A stretch of DNA of 64,000 bases from Nitrospinales bacterium. Lineage in GTDB: Bacteria; Nitrospinota; Nitrospinia; Nitrospinales; VA-1. Below, piece by piece: positions 20,555 to 30,920 of this stretch. The stretch lies in assembly GCA_965223795.1 (NCBI GenBank), contig CBDCXL010000002.1:864001-928000 (forward strand), given 5' to 3'. How positions within the stretch are numbered: position 1 is the stretch's first letter; each line of letters starts with the position of its first letter. The notes below the pieces were generated by a model that saw only the letters and a program-made list of their open reading frames with translations, did no database searches and was not told the origin of the DNA. The translations under genes were made by a program, and so were the position numbers.

Positions 20555-21189
20555 CCATGTTTTTATCCCGTATCAGACAAACCGCTGCCGCCGTGTTTTT
20601 GATCCTGGCGCTCGGGTGTGCGCACACGGAACTGTCGCGCTTCTACGTGCTCAATGCGCTGCCCGCTTCCGCCATCCATAAAGAAGCGCGCGACGATGTG
20701 GTGCTCGGCATCGGGCCGATCGCCATGCCGGAATACCTCGACCGGCCGCAGATCCTCACCCGCACCGAGGGCAACGAGCTGGACTACACGGAATTCCACC
20801 AATGGGCGGAACCGCTCAAGGACAATTTCTCGCGCGTGCTGGGAGAAAACCTGTCGGTGCTGGTGCCCACCAACCGCATCTTCCTGTTTCCCTGGCGGCG
20901 CGCGTCGAAGGTCAATCACAAGGTCGCGGCGGACGTGATCCAGTTCGAAGGCGCGCTGGGCGGGACCAGCACGCTGGCCGTGCGCTGGACGCTGTACCGC
21001 ATCGACGGCAACGTCAAGGAAACCGTGCTCGCCATGAAAAAATCCGTCTACCAGGCGCAGGCCGCGGGCGCCGACTACAACGCCACGGTGTCGGCGCTCA
21101 ACGAAACGCTGGAAGCGTTCAGCCGGGAAGTGGCGCTGACGCTGCGCACGCACATCCCGCCGCTGGAACCCGCCCCGCCAACCAACTGA
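20551..21189 (+). CDS. pqiC: PqiC-family lipoprotein
   Basis: Lipobox LALGC, PEYLDRPQI, WAEPL. Confidence 0.9.
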   Translation: MTMFLSRIRQTAAAVFLILALGCAHTELSRFYVLNALPASAIHKEARDDVVLGIGPIAMPEYLDRPQILTRTEGNELDYTEFHQWAEPLKDNFSRVLGENLSVLVPTNRIFLFPWRRASKVNHKVAADVIQFEGALGGTSTLAVRWTLYRIDGNVKETVLAMKKSVYQAQAAGADYNATVSALNETLEAFSREVALTLRTHIPPLEPAPPTN

Positions 21190-21304
21190 AAACAAGCTGA
21201 TTATCAAGTCCCTCCCGAAGTCCCCTTGCGCCTGCCGCCGCTTTCCATCACAGGATGTTAAAATAGTCGGCAGCAAAATTGAATTCGCCATCCTTTCCGC
21301 GATG

Positions 21305-21432
21305 GAGATCTTTGCATAGGTCAGTGCGTTAAGAAAATTAAGAATCTATTGTCACCCTGAGCTTGTCGAAGGGGGCTGGACGTTGCTTCGACAGGCTCAG
21401 CATGACAGAAAATTGACCTCTGCAAAGATCTC
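21305..21432. mobile_element. 128-bp MITE-like element, copy 1
   Basis: Terminal inverted repeats GAGATCTTTGCATAGGTCA / TGACCTCTGCAAAGATCTC (18/19 match); inner hairpin GTCACCCTGAGCTTGTCGAAG..CTTCGACAGGCTCAGCATGAC; second copy at 54796. Confidence 0.8.
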
Positions 21433-21490
21433 CGATTGGACAATACAATAGTCCGCGGATTGGACGGTACGTCGCCGAGGACATCGACGC

Positions 21491-24400
21491 ATGCCGCTCG
21501 AAACCTTCCATCCCACGACCCGCGCCTGGTTCGAACGCAACCTGGGCCCGCCCACCGAGGCGCAAGCGCAGGCCTGGCCCGCGATCCAGAGGGGCGAACA
21601 CACGCTGATCGCCGCGCCCACCGGAAGCGGCAAAACGCTGGCGGCGTTCTACGCGGCCATCGACACGTTCATCCGCCAGGGGCTGGACGGCACCCTCGAC
21701 GATGCGACCCAGCTGGTTTACGTGTCACCGCTCAAGGCGCTCAGCAACGACATCCACCGCAACCTGACGGTGCCGCTCAAAGGCATTCAAAACGATCTGG
21801 CGGCGCAGGGGCTGCCGCCGGTGCACCTCTCGGTGGCGGTGCGCACGGGCGACACGACGCCCAGCGAACGGCAGCAGATGCTGAAACGGCCGCCGCACAT
21901 TCTGGTGACCACACCGGAATCGCTGTACCTGCTTCTGACGAGCGCGGGCGGCCGCAAAATGCTGGGCGGCGCGCGCACGCTCATCGTCGATGAGATCCAC
22001 GCCCTTTTGGGCGACAAGCGCGGCTCGCACCTGGCGCTTTCCATCGAACGGCTGGAATCTCTGGCGGACCGGCGGCTGCAGCGCATCGGCCTGTCGGCGA
22101 CGCAAAAACCGGTGGAGACCGTCGCGCGTTTTCTGGTCGGCAACGCCAGCGCGCCCGCAGGCCCGCCTCCCTGCGCCATCATCGACACAGGGCACAAACG
22201 CAGGCTCGACCTCAGTCTGGAAGTGCCGAAATCACCGCTGTCGGCGCTGATGAGCAACGAAGTGTGGGAGGAATTGTACGATCGTCTCGTGGAACTGATC
22301 CACGCGCACAAGACCACGCTGGTGTTCGTCAACACCCGGCGTCTCGCCGAACGGCTGGCGCTGGCGCTGCGCGAACCGGTGGGCGAGGACAAGGTCTCCT
22401 CGCACCACGGCAGCATGAGCAAGGAGTGGCGGCACGACGCCGAGAAACGGCTGAAGGCGGGACAGCTCAAGGTGCTGGTCGCTACCGCGTCGATGGAGCT
22501 GGGCATCGACATCGGTTCGGTGGACCTGGTCGTGCAGTTCGCCTCGCCCAAGCGCATCGCCACTTTTTTACAACGGGTGGGCCGCAGCGGCCACGCGGTG
22601 GGGCAGACGCCCAAGGGCATCCTGTTTCCGCTGACACGCGATGACCTGGCCGAGTGCACGGCGCTGCTCGACGGCGTGCGCCGCGGCGAGCTGGACCGCC
22701 TGTGCGTTCCCGAGCAGCCGCTGGACATCCTCGCCCAGCAGATCGTGGCGGAAGTGTCCGACGGCGAGTGGGACCTCAACGCCCTGTACGCGCTGTGCGT
22801 GCGCGCTTACCCCTACCGCGATCTCAAGCGCGAGACCTTCGATGAAATCGTGAAGATGCTGGCGGACGGCTTCACCACGCGGCGCGGGCGGCGCGGCGCG
22901 TTCCTGCATCTGGACGCCATCCACGGCCGGGTGCGGGCGCGCAAAAGCGCGCGTCTCACGGCGCTCACCAACGGCGGCGCCATTCCCGACATGTTCGACT
23001 ACAACGTGGTGCTCGATCCGGAGAACATCGTGGTCGGCTCGCTGAACGAGGACTTCGCGCTGGAATCGCTGCCGGGCGACATCTTCACGCTCGGCAACCA
23101 CTGCTGGCAGCTGCTGCGCATCGAAGGGCTCAACGTGCGCGTGCGCGACGCACAGGGGCTGCCGCCGACGATCCCGTTCTGGTTCGGCGAAGGACCGGGA
23201 CGCAGCCGCGAGCTGTCCGAAGCGGTTTCCCGGCTGCGGCAGGAAATCAGCGAGCGCATCCAGCCTTCGCCCGACGTTGACGAAAAAAACGAAGGCGGCG
23301 AATACGTTCCCGCGATCCAGTGGCTGGTGGAAACGGTCGGGCTTAAGACGTCGGCCGCCGAGCAGCTGGTGTGGTATCTGGCCGCGGGCGAGCGGGCACT
23401 GGGCGCGATGCCGACGCGCGAGTGCATCGTGATGGAACGGTTTTTTGACGAGGTGGGCGACATGCATCTGGTGGTGCATTCGCCGTTCGGCAGCCGGGTG
23501 AACAAGGGCTGGGGCCTGGCGCTGCGCAAGCGTTTCTGCACGCGTTTCAACTTCGAGCTGCAGGCGGCGGCGAACGAGGACAGCATCGTCATCTCGCTCG
23601 GGCCGGTGCACAGTTTCGAGCTGAAAGAGGTGTTCCACTACCTGTCCACGAAAACGCTGGAAGACATCCTGGTGCAGGCGCTGCTCGACACGCCGATCTT
23701 CGAGGTGCGCTGGCGCTGGAACGCTTCGCGGGCGCTCGCGGTTTCGCGCAACCGCAACGGCACGCGCGTGCCGCCGCAGCTGCAACGCATGCAGGCGGAA
23801 GACCTGGTGTCGCAGGTGTTTCCCGACCAGCTCGCCTGCGCGGAAAACGTCGCCGGGCCGCGCGACATCCCCGATCACCCGCTGGTGACGCAGACGCTCA
23901 ACGACTGTCTCACCGAAGCGCTGGACTTCAGCGGACTCATGGAACTGATCGGCAGCATCGAAGGGAAAGCCCTCCGCCTGATCGCCAAAGATCTCAGGGA
24001 ACCGTCGCCGTTCGCGCAGGAGATCATCAACGCGCGGCCGTACGCGTTCCTCGACGACGCGCCGTTCGAGGAGCGGCGCACCAACGCGGTGCGCCACCGG
24101 CGCTGGCTCGATCCTTCCGAGGCGGCGGAATACGGGGCGCTGGATGCGGACGCCATCAGCCAGGTGCGCGAGGAAGCCTGGCCGCAGATGGACAACGCCG
24201 ACGAGCTGCACGACGGTCTGATGCTTGTGGGATTCATGAAGGAAGACGAAGCGAAGCGGGACGACGGCGCGCTCGATGCCCTATTTTCACAACTTGTCGA
24301 CAGCGGCCGGGCGACGCGTCTGGTGAACGGGGAGAACACCTACTGGACCGCGACGGAACGGCTGCCGCAGCTTGCGGCCCTGTATCCGGAGCACCGGCTC

Positions 24401-25873
24401 GAACCTGTGGTCGCGCTGCCCGGCTGGCTCAAAGCAGAAACGCATTCCGAAGAAGCGGCGCTGGTGGAAATCCTGCGGGGACGGCTGGAAGGCCTGGGCC
24501 CGGTGACGCTGGAACGCCTGGTCCGCGACACGGGACTGGCGGAAAACAAAATCAACATCGCACTGGCGGCGCTCGAGACGGAGGGTTTCGTGTTCCGCGG
24601 CCGCTACACGCCCGGCATCGAGCAGGAAGAATGGTGCGAACGGCGGTTGTTGCAGCGCATTCATAAATACACGATCGAGGCGCACCGGCAGAGCGTGCAG
24701 CCGGTGTCGCTGCAGGATTTCATGCGCTTTCTGTTTGCGCACCACCGGCTGGGCGCGGCCTTTTCGCAGACCGGGCCGGAGTCGCTGGAGCGGGCGCTGG
24801 AATTGCTGGAAGGCATCGCCGCTCCCGCCGCCGCCTGGGAGAGCGACATCCTGCCCGCGCGCATCGATAAGTACGATCCCAACTGGCTGGACGTGCTGTG
24901 CATCAGCGGGCGGCTGATCTGGGGACGCTTTCAGGCAGCCCGGCCGTCCGCCAACGGTGGCCACCGGCAAAATGCGGTGAAGAGCACGCCGATCAGCATC
25001 CTGTCGCGTTCGAACGCGCCGTTGTGGACGGCGCTGTCGCCGCTTGCGCCGGAGGACCTGCCGCTGAGCAGCGACGCGCAGGCGATCGAGGCGGATCTCA
25101 AACAGCATGGCGCCAGCTTTCTCGACGATATGCTGAAACGCACGCGCCTGCTGAAAACCCAGGCGGAGAGCGCGCTCGGCGAACTGGTGGCGAACGGCCG
25201 GGCGCACAACGACAGCTTCACCGGTCTGCGTTCGCTGCTGACCCCGGCGCATAAAAAACCGGGAGGACATGGACGCAGGCGGGGACGCCGCGCGGTGTTC
25301 GGCATCGAGCACGCCGGCCGCTGGTCGCTGATCCCGGCGCCGCAGACCGCGGACACGCATCCGGGAGACGAGGCGGTGCTGACGGAACTCACGCATATCT
25401 ATCTCAAGCGCTGGGGGGTTTTGTTCCGCAAACTGCTGGAGCGGGAAACTCTCGCGCCGCCGTGGCGGGTGCTGGTGCGGCTGCTGCGCAAGATGGAACT
25501 GCGCGGCGAGCTGCGGGGCGGGCGTTTCGTGGCGGGTGTGGGCGGCGAGCAGTTCGCGTATCCGGAAACGGTGGACCGTCTGCGCCAGACAGCGAAAGCC
25601 GAAAAGAAGGAGGATTGCATCGTGCTGTCTGCGGCGGACCCGTTGAACCTTTTGGGGGTCATCCTGCCGGGGGAAAAAACCGCGCGGCTCACCCACAACC
25701 GCGTGCTGTATGAGGACGGCGTTCCCATCGCCGTGTGGGAAGCGAAGGAAGCGCGGTATCTGAAACCGCTGGATGCGGAAAAGCAGGCGCACGCGCGGCA
25801 GGCGCTCATTGGGCGGAAATTCCCGACGCGCCTGAACGCCTACCTGGGAACGCGGGCGGCCCAGGCCACCTGA
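21491..25873 (+). CDS. lhr: Lhr-family SF2 helicase
   Basis: APTGSGKT, SPLKAL, DEIH, LSAT, QRVGRSGH; long C-terminal winged-helix region; 1460 aa. Confidence 0.93.
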   Translation: MPLETFHPTTRAWFERNLGPPTEAQAQAWPAIQRGEHTLIAAPTGSGKTLAAFYAAIDTFIRQGLDGTLDDATQLVYVSPLKALSNDIHRNLTVPLKGIQNDLAAQGLPPVHLSVAVRTGDTTPSERQQMLKRPPHILVTTPESLYLLLTSAGGRKMLGGARTLIVDEIHALLGDKRGSHLALSIERLESLADRRLQRIGLSATQKPVETVARFLVGNASAPAGPPPCAIIDTGHKRRLDLSLEVPKSPLSALMSNEVWEELYDRLVELIHAHKTTLVFVNTRRLAERLALALREPVGEDKVSSHHGSMSKEWRHDAEKRLKAGQLKVLVATASMELGIDIGSVDLVVQFASPKRIATFLQRVGRSGHAVGQTPKGILFPLTRDDLAECTALLDGVRRGELDRLCVPEQPLDILAQQIVAEVSDGEWDLNALYALCVRAYPYRDLKRETFDEIVKMLADGFTTRRGRRGAFLHLDAIHGRVRARKSARLTALTNGGAIPDMFDYNVVLDPENIVVGSLNEDFALESLPGDIFTLGNHCWQLLRIEGLNVRVRDAQGLPPTIPFWFGEGPGRSRELSEAVSRLRQEISERIQPSPDVDEKNEGGEYVPAIQWLVETVGLKTSAAEQLVWYLAAGERALGAMPTRECIVMERFFDEVGDMHLVVHSPFGSRVNKGWGLALRKRFCTRFNFELQAAANEDSIVISLGPVHSFELKEVFHYLSTKTLEDILVQALLDTPIFEVRWRWNASRALAVSRNRNGTRVPPQLQRMQAEDLVSQVFPDQLACAENVAGPRDIPDHPLVTQTLNDCLTEALDFSGLMELIGSIEGKALRLIAKDLREPSPFAQEIINARPYAFLDDAPFEERRTNAVRHRRWLDPSEAAEYGALDADAISQVREEAWPQMDNADELHDGLMLVGFMKEDEAKRDDGALDALFSQLVDSGRATRLVNGENTYWTATERLPQLAALYPEHRLEPVVALPGWLKAETHSEEAALVEILRGRLEGLGPVTLERLVRDTGLAENKINIALAALETEGFVFRGRYTPGIEQEEWCERRLLQRIHKYTIEAHRQSVQPVSLQDFMRFLFAHHRLGAAFSQTGPESLERALELLEGIAAPAAAWESDILPARIDKYDPNWLDVLCISGRLIWGRFQAARPSANGGHRQNAVKSTPISILSRSNAPLWTALSPLAPEDLPLSSDAQAIEADLKQHGASFLDDMLKRTRLLKTQAESALGELVANGRAHNDSFTGLRSLLTPAHKKPGGHGRRRGRRAVFGIEHAGRWSLIPAPQTADTHPGDEAVLTELTHIYLKRWGVLFRKLLERETLAPPWRVLVRLLRKMELRGELRGGRFVAGVGGEQFAYPETVDRLRQTAKAEKKEDCIVLSAADPLNLLGVILPGEKTARLTHNRVLYEDGVPIAVWEAKEARYLKPLDAEKQAHARQALIGRKFPTRLNAYLGTRAAQAT

Positions 25874-25894
25874 ACTTTTTATAGAGCGGGCAAT

Positions 25895-25925
25895 AAAAAA
25901 CGGCCTTCCTTACGGAAGGCCGTTT
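25895..25925 (-). terminator. Intrinsic terminator between convergent lhr and htpX
   Basis: AAACGGCCTTCC-TTAC-GGAAGGCCGTTT perfect stem; U-tract on the minus strand. Confidence 0.85.
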
Positions 25926-25955
25926 CTGGTTTGCGTCGATCGGGTGCGCTTTGGA

Positions 25956-26795
25956 TCAGCCGTTCATGCTCATCAGCGCCGCGATGCGCTTCTCCGTGGA
26001 AGGATGGGTGCTGAACAGGCTCATCAGGTCCTTCCCGGTCAGCGGGTTGACGATGAACATGTGCGCGGTGGCCGGTTCGGCGTTCATGGGAATCTGTTTG
26101 GACGCCGCTTCCAGCTTCCTGAGCGCGTTGGCCAGGGGAGCCGGCGAGCCCACCAGCTCCGCGCCGGTGCGGTCGGCCTTGTACTCGCGCGTGCGCGAGA
26201 TCGCCATCTGCACCAGCATGGCGGCGATGGGCGCGAGGATCATCATCAGAATCATGACGATCGGGTTGCCGCCGCGGTCGTCGCTGCGGCCGCCGCCGAA
26301 AATCATGCCCCACTGCGCCATGCTCGCCAGCATGCTGATCGCACCGGCGATGGTGGCCGCGATGGTTCCGATAAGAATGTCGCGGTTTTTCACGTGACCC
26401 AGTTCGTGCGCCAGCACGCCTTCCAGTTCGTCGCGGTTGAGGATGCGGGTGATCCCGTCCGTCACGGCGACGGCGGCGTGCTCGGGGTTGCGGCCCGTGG
26501 CGAACGCATTGGGCTGATCTGTAGGAATGCGATACACCTTGGGCATGGGAATCTCCGCCTTGCGCGAAAGCCGCCGGACCATGTCGTAGATCTCCGGCGA
26601 CTGCTGTTCGGTGATCTCCTGCGCCTTGTACATGGACAGCACCATCTTGTCGCTGTAAAAGTAAGCGCCGAAGTTCATCACCACGGCGAAAATGAACGCG
26701 ATGATCATGCCTTCCTGCCCGCCGAGCGCCATGCCGCCGTAAATCAGCATGAGGGTGAGACCGCCGAGCAGCAATGTGGTTTTTAAGGTGTTCAT
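25956..26795 (-). CDS. htpX: Zinc metalloprotease HtpX
   Basis: [28 protein letters not shown]; start MNTLKT. Confidence 0.96.
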   Translation of the reverse strand: MNTLKTTLLLGGLTLMLIYGGMALGGQEGMIIAFIFAVVMNFGAYFYSDKMVLSMYKAQEITEQQSPEIYDMVRRLSRKAEIPMPKVYRIPTDQPNAFATGRNPEHAAVAVTDGITRILNRDELEGVLAHELGHVKNRDILIGTIAATIAGAISMLASMAQWGMIFGGGRSDDRGGNPIVMILMMILAPIAAMLVQMAISRTREYKADRTGAELVGSPAPLANALRKLEAASKQIPMNAEPATAHMFIVNPLTGKDLMSLFSTHPSTEKRIAALMSMNG

Positions 26796-26901
26796 ATTCG
26801 AAATGTCCTCATCAAATTCAAGATAAGGCCTGGATATTCCAGGCCTGTTCGTGACTTGGTTTCGTTTTGAGCGTGCGCCGTCCTGCCTTCGGCGCTCCTT
26901 A

Positions 26902-26930
26902 TAAATAAGACCGCGGACGGCCGTTGTCAA
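26902..26930 (-). promoter_or_regulatory. Putative sigma70 promoter of htpX
   Basis: TTGACA-17 nt-TATTTA on the minus strand. Confidence 0.5.
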
Positions 26931-27335
26931 CCTCTCCGAAAATCTCTCCTTCAATTTATAATACCAATCAAATCAGTAGTTTTTTCAATTTGCGGCACGC
27001 AAACGGACTGCAGGCAATGCGTACCATGACATATGAATTCCCCGTTCCGTATCTGTGCGGATAAGGCGAACCCGTTTCAAGGAATCAACATTTAATTATC
27101 GTTTAACTGATATTATTTATTTCTATTTCGTTGATCCATATTCATGAGACTTTTGCCGCAACCTGATCAATAAATTGAATTGATGCCTGTTAGGGTGCCG
27201 AAAATGCGAAATATTTATCTTGCACTCGAATGGCTTGATTAGCATAATATCGTCATACTGAAACAGAGCGGTGTTCCCATCCCCTGGGGACGGGTTGGGT
27301 TCAATGTGGACCATTAGAAGGAGGGAGAGACTCTC

Positions 27336-28406
27336 ATGAGACAGACGCGACTGAAGAGTGTGTTTTTAAAAATGAGTTTTCTAGGCGTGGCGGCGGTGCT
27401 GGCGGGGGGAGTTCCGGTATTTGCCGCGGATGGGGAAGAGCAGGTCGCGGAGATCGTGACGCCTCCCAGCTACATTCCACAGGGAATCGGTGCCGGCACG
27501 GAACTATTTCCTCCCAACCCGAAGCCGGGAGCCTGCTATGCCCGGGTGCTCGTGCCTGCCCAGTACAAACATGAAACGGTCAAGCTGTTGAAGGCCGAAG
27601 CGTCGGAACGGCTGGAAACGATCCCGGCTCGATTCGAGACGGTTCTGGAGCGCGTGATGGTGAAGGAAGCCTCGGAGCGCATCGAGGTGGTGCCCGCGAC
27701 TTACGGCTGGGAGACCGAGCGCATCCTGGTGAAGGAAGCGTCGGAACGGCTGGAAGTCGTCCCGGCGATTTACGAGACGGTGACGGAAAAGGTGATCGAC
27801 AAACCGGCGCACGTGAAATGGGAAAAGGGCCGCGGCCTGGTGGAAAAAGTGGATTTCGCAACGGGAGAGATCATCTGTCTGAAAAAAATTCCCGCCACGT
27901 ACAAAACCATCACCAAACGCGTGCTGAAAGCTCCGGCGACGACGCGGATGGTGGAGGTTCCCGCCCAGTACAAGACGGTCAAAAGACAGGTGATGCGCAC
28001 GCCGCCGACGACGCGCAAGGTCGTCATCCCCGCGGAGTATAAAATGCAGCGCGTCGTGAAACTGGTGGAGCCGGCGAAGGTGAACCGCTACTTCATTCCG
28101 GAAAAACACCAGACCGTCACCAAGACGGTCAAGGTCGCCGATGAGCGGATGGCCTGGAGACCGGTGTTGTGCGAAACCAACATCACGCCGGAACTGGTGC
28201 GGCAGATCCAGGTTTCCCTGCAGGACGGGGGTTACTATCCCGGACCGATCGACGGGGAAATCGGCAGGCTGACCCGCAGGGGCATTCTGCATTTCCAGAA
28301 GGACAAGGGACTTTCGCGCGGCGGCCTGACTGCCGAAACGTTGAAAAAGCTGGATGTGGAGCTGCCCTGGACGGGTGATCTCGCGTCCAGCAACATCGGC
28401 GGCTGA
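27336..28406 (+). CDS. Exported protein with 23-aa beta-rich repeats and a C-terminal peptidoglycan-binding domain
   Basis: Signal peptide; VKEASERLEVVPA repeats; GYYPGPIDGEIGRLTRRGILHFQ (PG_binding_1-like). Confidence 0.85.
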   Translation: MRQTRLKSVFLKMSFLGVAAVLAGGVPVFAADGEEQVAEIVTPPSYIPQGIGAGTELFPPNPKPGACYARVLVPAQYKHETVKLLKAEASERLETIPARFETVLERVMVKEASERIEVVPATYGWETERILVKEASERLEVVPAIYETVTEKVIDKPAHVKWEKGRGLVEKVDFATGEIICLKKIPATYKTITKRVLKAPATTRMVEVPAQYKTVKRQVMRTPPTTRKVVIPAEYKMQRVVKLVEPAKVNRYFIPEKHQTVTKTVKVADERMAWRPVLCETNITPELVRQIQVSLQDGGYYPGPIDGEIGRLTRRGILHFQKDKGLSRGGLTAETLKKLDVELPWTGDLASSNIGG

Positions 28407-28437
28407 TCGTTTTCAGCGATTTCTGTTAGCGGAATTT

Positions 28438-28479
28438 AAAAGCCGGGCTTTCCCGCAAGGGGGAGCCCGGTTTTTTTTT
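28438..28479. terminator. Bidirectional intrinsic terminator
   Basis: AAAA-GCCGGGCTTTCC..GGGAGCCCGG-T9 between convergent genes. Confidence 0.85.
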
Positions 28480-28482
28480 ATT

Positions 28483-29583
28483 TCAGGCCTGGGCGGCCGC
28501 CCGGCGCGGCAGCGCCAGCTGCTGAAACGGATACACGAACTGGCGGATCAGCCCGCCGTTCAATTCGCCGCCGCTGAAACCGAAGCTTGCGGTTTCCCGC
28601 TTGTCCTTCGGCAGGTAGTAGGTTCCGAACAGGAGATCGAAGCAGGAAAAAAACGTGGCGTAATTTTTCTTTTCGACCAGGGCGCTGTCGGAATGGTGCC
28701 AGCGGTGGAACAGGGGGCTCACGAAAACGCGGTCCAGCATGCCGTAGGAGACGGGCAGGTTGGCGTGCACGTACAACCCGTACCCGCGGCGCATCAGCAT
28801 GGCGGCGGCGCCGACGGCGGCGCTCTGAAACAGCGCCGTGAGGACCAGCAGGTTGATCGTGGCGGAAATGATGTGGTTGACCGGGTGAAACCGTTCGGTG
28901 GACAGCCAATCGACCTGCCGGGAGCTGTGGTGGATGGTGTGGAACGGCCACAGGTAGCGGGTGTGCATCAGGCGGTGCCGCCAGTAGCCGACGAAGTCGA
29001 TGATCACGACGGCCAGAAAGATCTGCAGCAGCTCGTGCTGCCGGACGATCCAGTTGCGGACCTTCCACACGGCTCCGGTGAATCCCCGGGTGACCGGGCC
29101 ACGCAGGACGCTGCCTTGCACCTCAAGGTGCACGCGCTTTGGCGCACCCACGGATTCGCCGCTCACCACTCTCGCGACGAAGGTCTGGGTGAGATGATTG
29201 TCGCCGTCGGTTTTCTGCAGCACAAAGGTATCGGCGCCTGCGAATGCGGAACCGGCCCGGTACGCCACGGTGCCGTCGGCGCGCACCCCGGCTTCCCCCT
29301 TCTCCGGCTTCTGCAACAGCGTGGCCCGCACCCGGTCCTGTGTCTCGGTCAGGTTGACCGCACCGTAAAAATACTGCGAAAAAACCGGCGCGAACGCGTT
29401 CTGCACCGGAATGAAGAGCAGGATCAGCAGAAAGGAATAGGCGAGATCGAGCCTGGAATCGGCGCGGATCAGTTTCTGATTCCTCTTTGCGGGAAACTTC
29501 CATTCGAGCAGCATGAACAGGGCCGCGAATCCCAGAAGGAATTTGAATTTGTTGAACAGGACGTGGGCGATGGTTTCCAGCAT
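28483..29583 (-). CDS. Sterol desaturase / fatty acid hydroxylase family protein with an inserted Ig-like domain
   Basis: His boxes HRLMH, HTIHH, HAN, HRWHH. Confidence 0.88.
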   Translation of the reverse strand: MLETIAHVLFNKFKFLLGFAALFMLLEWKFPAKRNQKLIRADSRLDLAYSFLLILLFIPVQNAFAPVFSQYFYGAVNLTETQDRVRATLLQKPEKGEAGVRADGTVAYRAGSAFAGADTFVLQKTDGDNHLTQTFVARVVSGESVGAPKRVHLEVQGSVLRGPVTRGFTGAVWKVRNWIVRQHELLQIFLAVVIIDFVGYWRHRLMHTRYLWPFHTIHHSSRQVDWLSTERFHPVNHIISATINLLVLTALFQSAAVGAAAMLMRRGYGLYVHANLPVSYGMLDRVFVSPLFHRWHHSDSALVEKKNYATFFSCFDLLFGTYYLPKDKRETASFGFSGGELNGGLIRQFVYPFQQLALPRRAAAQA

Positions 29584-29742
29584 GGCGATCGGATGCGGCC
29601 GGATTTCCGGGTTTCACAGTACAGGGAGCCGGAAATTCAGGCGTTTTGCCGCAGCTTGAAAATTATCAATACCTTTATTATCAATGAGTTATGGAAAGTT
29701 TGCAATGGAAAGTTCCGGCTGCGTTCGATCTGGCGGGAAGGG

Positions 29743-30471
29743 TCAGCGGGGGGAGGGTTCTTCCTGCATATCCGGAACGGGAACGCCCTGCGGGGCGGGA
29801 TGCGGCTCCTTGTCCCCGCGCTCAATCATCTTGCGGGCGATGTAGTGGCCGAGGAAAAAAGCGAACAACACGTCGGAGGCCCAGTGCTTGTTGTCGTTGA
29901 TGCGCGCCCAGCCCGCGCCCAACGCACACGCATAGGCGATTGCCGCGACAGGGCCGTGCTGCCAGGTGGACGCCAGCAGCACCGCCAGAGCGATGGCGGT
30001 GGTGGTGTGGCCGGAGGGAAAGCTGTTGTTCTTGAGCGAAAACGGTCCGCCAAACAGGCCCGCCTCGCGCACGAAGGGGCGGTGGCGGCCGGTGGACATC
30101 TTGACCATCCAGGAGAACGCGCCGGTGAGGATGTACGACTCCAGTCCCAGCAAGGCGAACCCGCAGGCTCTGGGTGAGCGTGTCCGCACGCCGAATGCGT
30201 AGACGAGAAGCAGTGCCGGGATGACGTAGTGCCCGTATCCCAGAAGCTCGAAGGCATTGGCGAGCCCGTCGGTGAAGGGGGCGCGGTGCGACTGGACGAA
30301 TTCCTGGATTGTGCGGTCCCAGGGCATCACAAGCAGGGTCAGCGCCACAACGATGCACAGCGCGGCCCATTGGCGGGTTTTCCAGCGGAGGGGCGATTTC
30401 AGGATGGCGATCCCATTGTGCCAGGAATTTTGAAGCGTGGTGCGAACGATGTTTTTCAGAGTCGCGACCAA
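29743..30471 (-). CDS. PAP2-family phosphatase
   Basis: KMSTGRHRP, SFPSGH, ARINDNKHWASD. Confidence 0.92.
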   Translation of the reverse strand: MVATLKNIVRTTLQNSWHNGIAILKSPLRWKTRQWAALCIVVALTLLVMPWDRTIQEFVQSHRAPFTDGLANAFELLGYGHYVIPALLLVYAFGVRTRSPRACGFALLGLESYILTGAFSWMVKMSTGRHRPFVREAGLFGGPFSLKNNSFPSGHTTTAIALAVLLASTWQHGPVAAIAYACALGAGWARINDNKHWASDVLFAFFLGHYIARKMIERGDKEPHPAPQGVPVPDMQEEPSPR

Positions 30472-30716
30472 GGAAACCTGCCGGAAATTGTTTTACAGAA
30501 GAGAACCCGGCTGCCGCCAGGCGGTTTGACTTTTTCGAACTGTATACAACTTGTGTTCGATTGCGATGAGTTTTTCTCCGCCGGGGTCAGGAAGAAAAGA
30601 AATGCCCTGGGACTCATTCTAACAGGGAGACCCGAATAGTGCACTCAGGAAAAGGAAGGGATCGTAAACGAATCGACTCTTCAGTGTGAGATCGGTTCGT
30701 AACAGGATCGCTTGAG

Positions 30717-30760
30717 AAAAAAAGCATCCGGTTGAGTTTGGGGGCAAACCCAACCGGATG
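30717..30760 (-). terminator. Intrinsic terminator after the small membrane protein gene
   Basis: GCATCCGGTTG..CAACCGGATGC stem followed by a U7 tract on the minus strand. Confidence 0.8.
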
Positions 30761-30769
30761 CGAATTCCG

Positions 30770-30904
30770 TCACAAACGTCCCGTCAGCAACAGAATCAAT
30801 AAAACCAGAAGCAGCACACCACCGACTCCACCCACAGCAACATTCTGCAGAAGTGCGGCAATCAGCAAAACAACGACGATTGTTCCCAATAATCCATAAG
30901 CCAT
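30770..30904 (-). CDS. 44-aa small membrane protein (DUF3309-like)
   Basis: AAGGAG SD; MAYGLLGTIVVVLLIAALL..GGVGGVLLLVLLILLLTGRL; followed by a terminator. Confidence 0.75.
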   Translation of the reverse strand: MAYGLLGTIVVVLLIAALLQNVAVGGVGGVLLLVLLILLLTGRL

Positions 30905-30920
30905 ATTATTCTCCTTTTGT

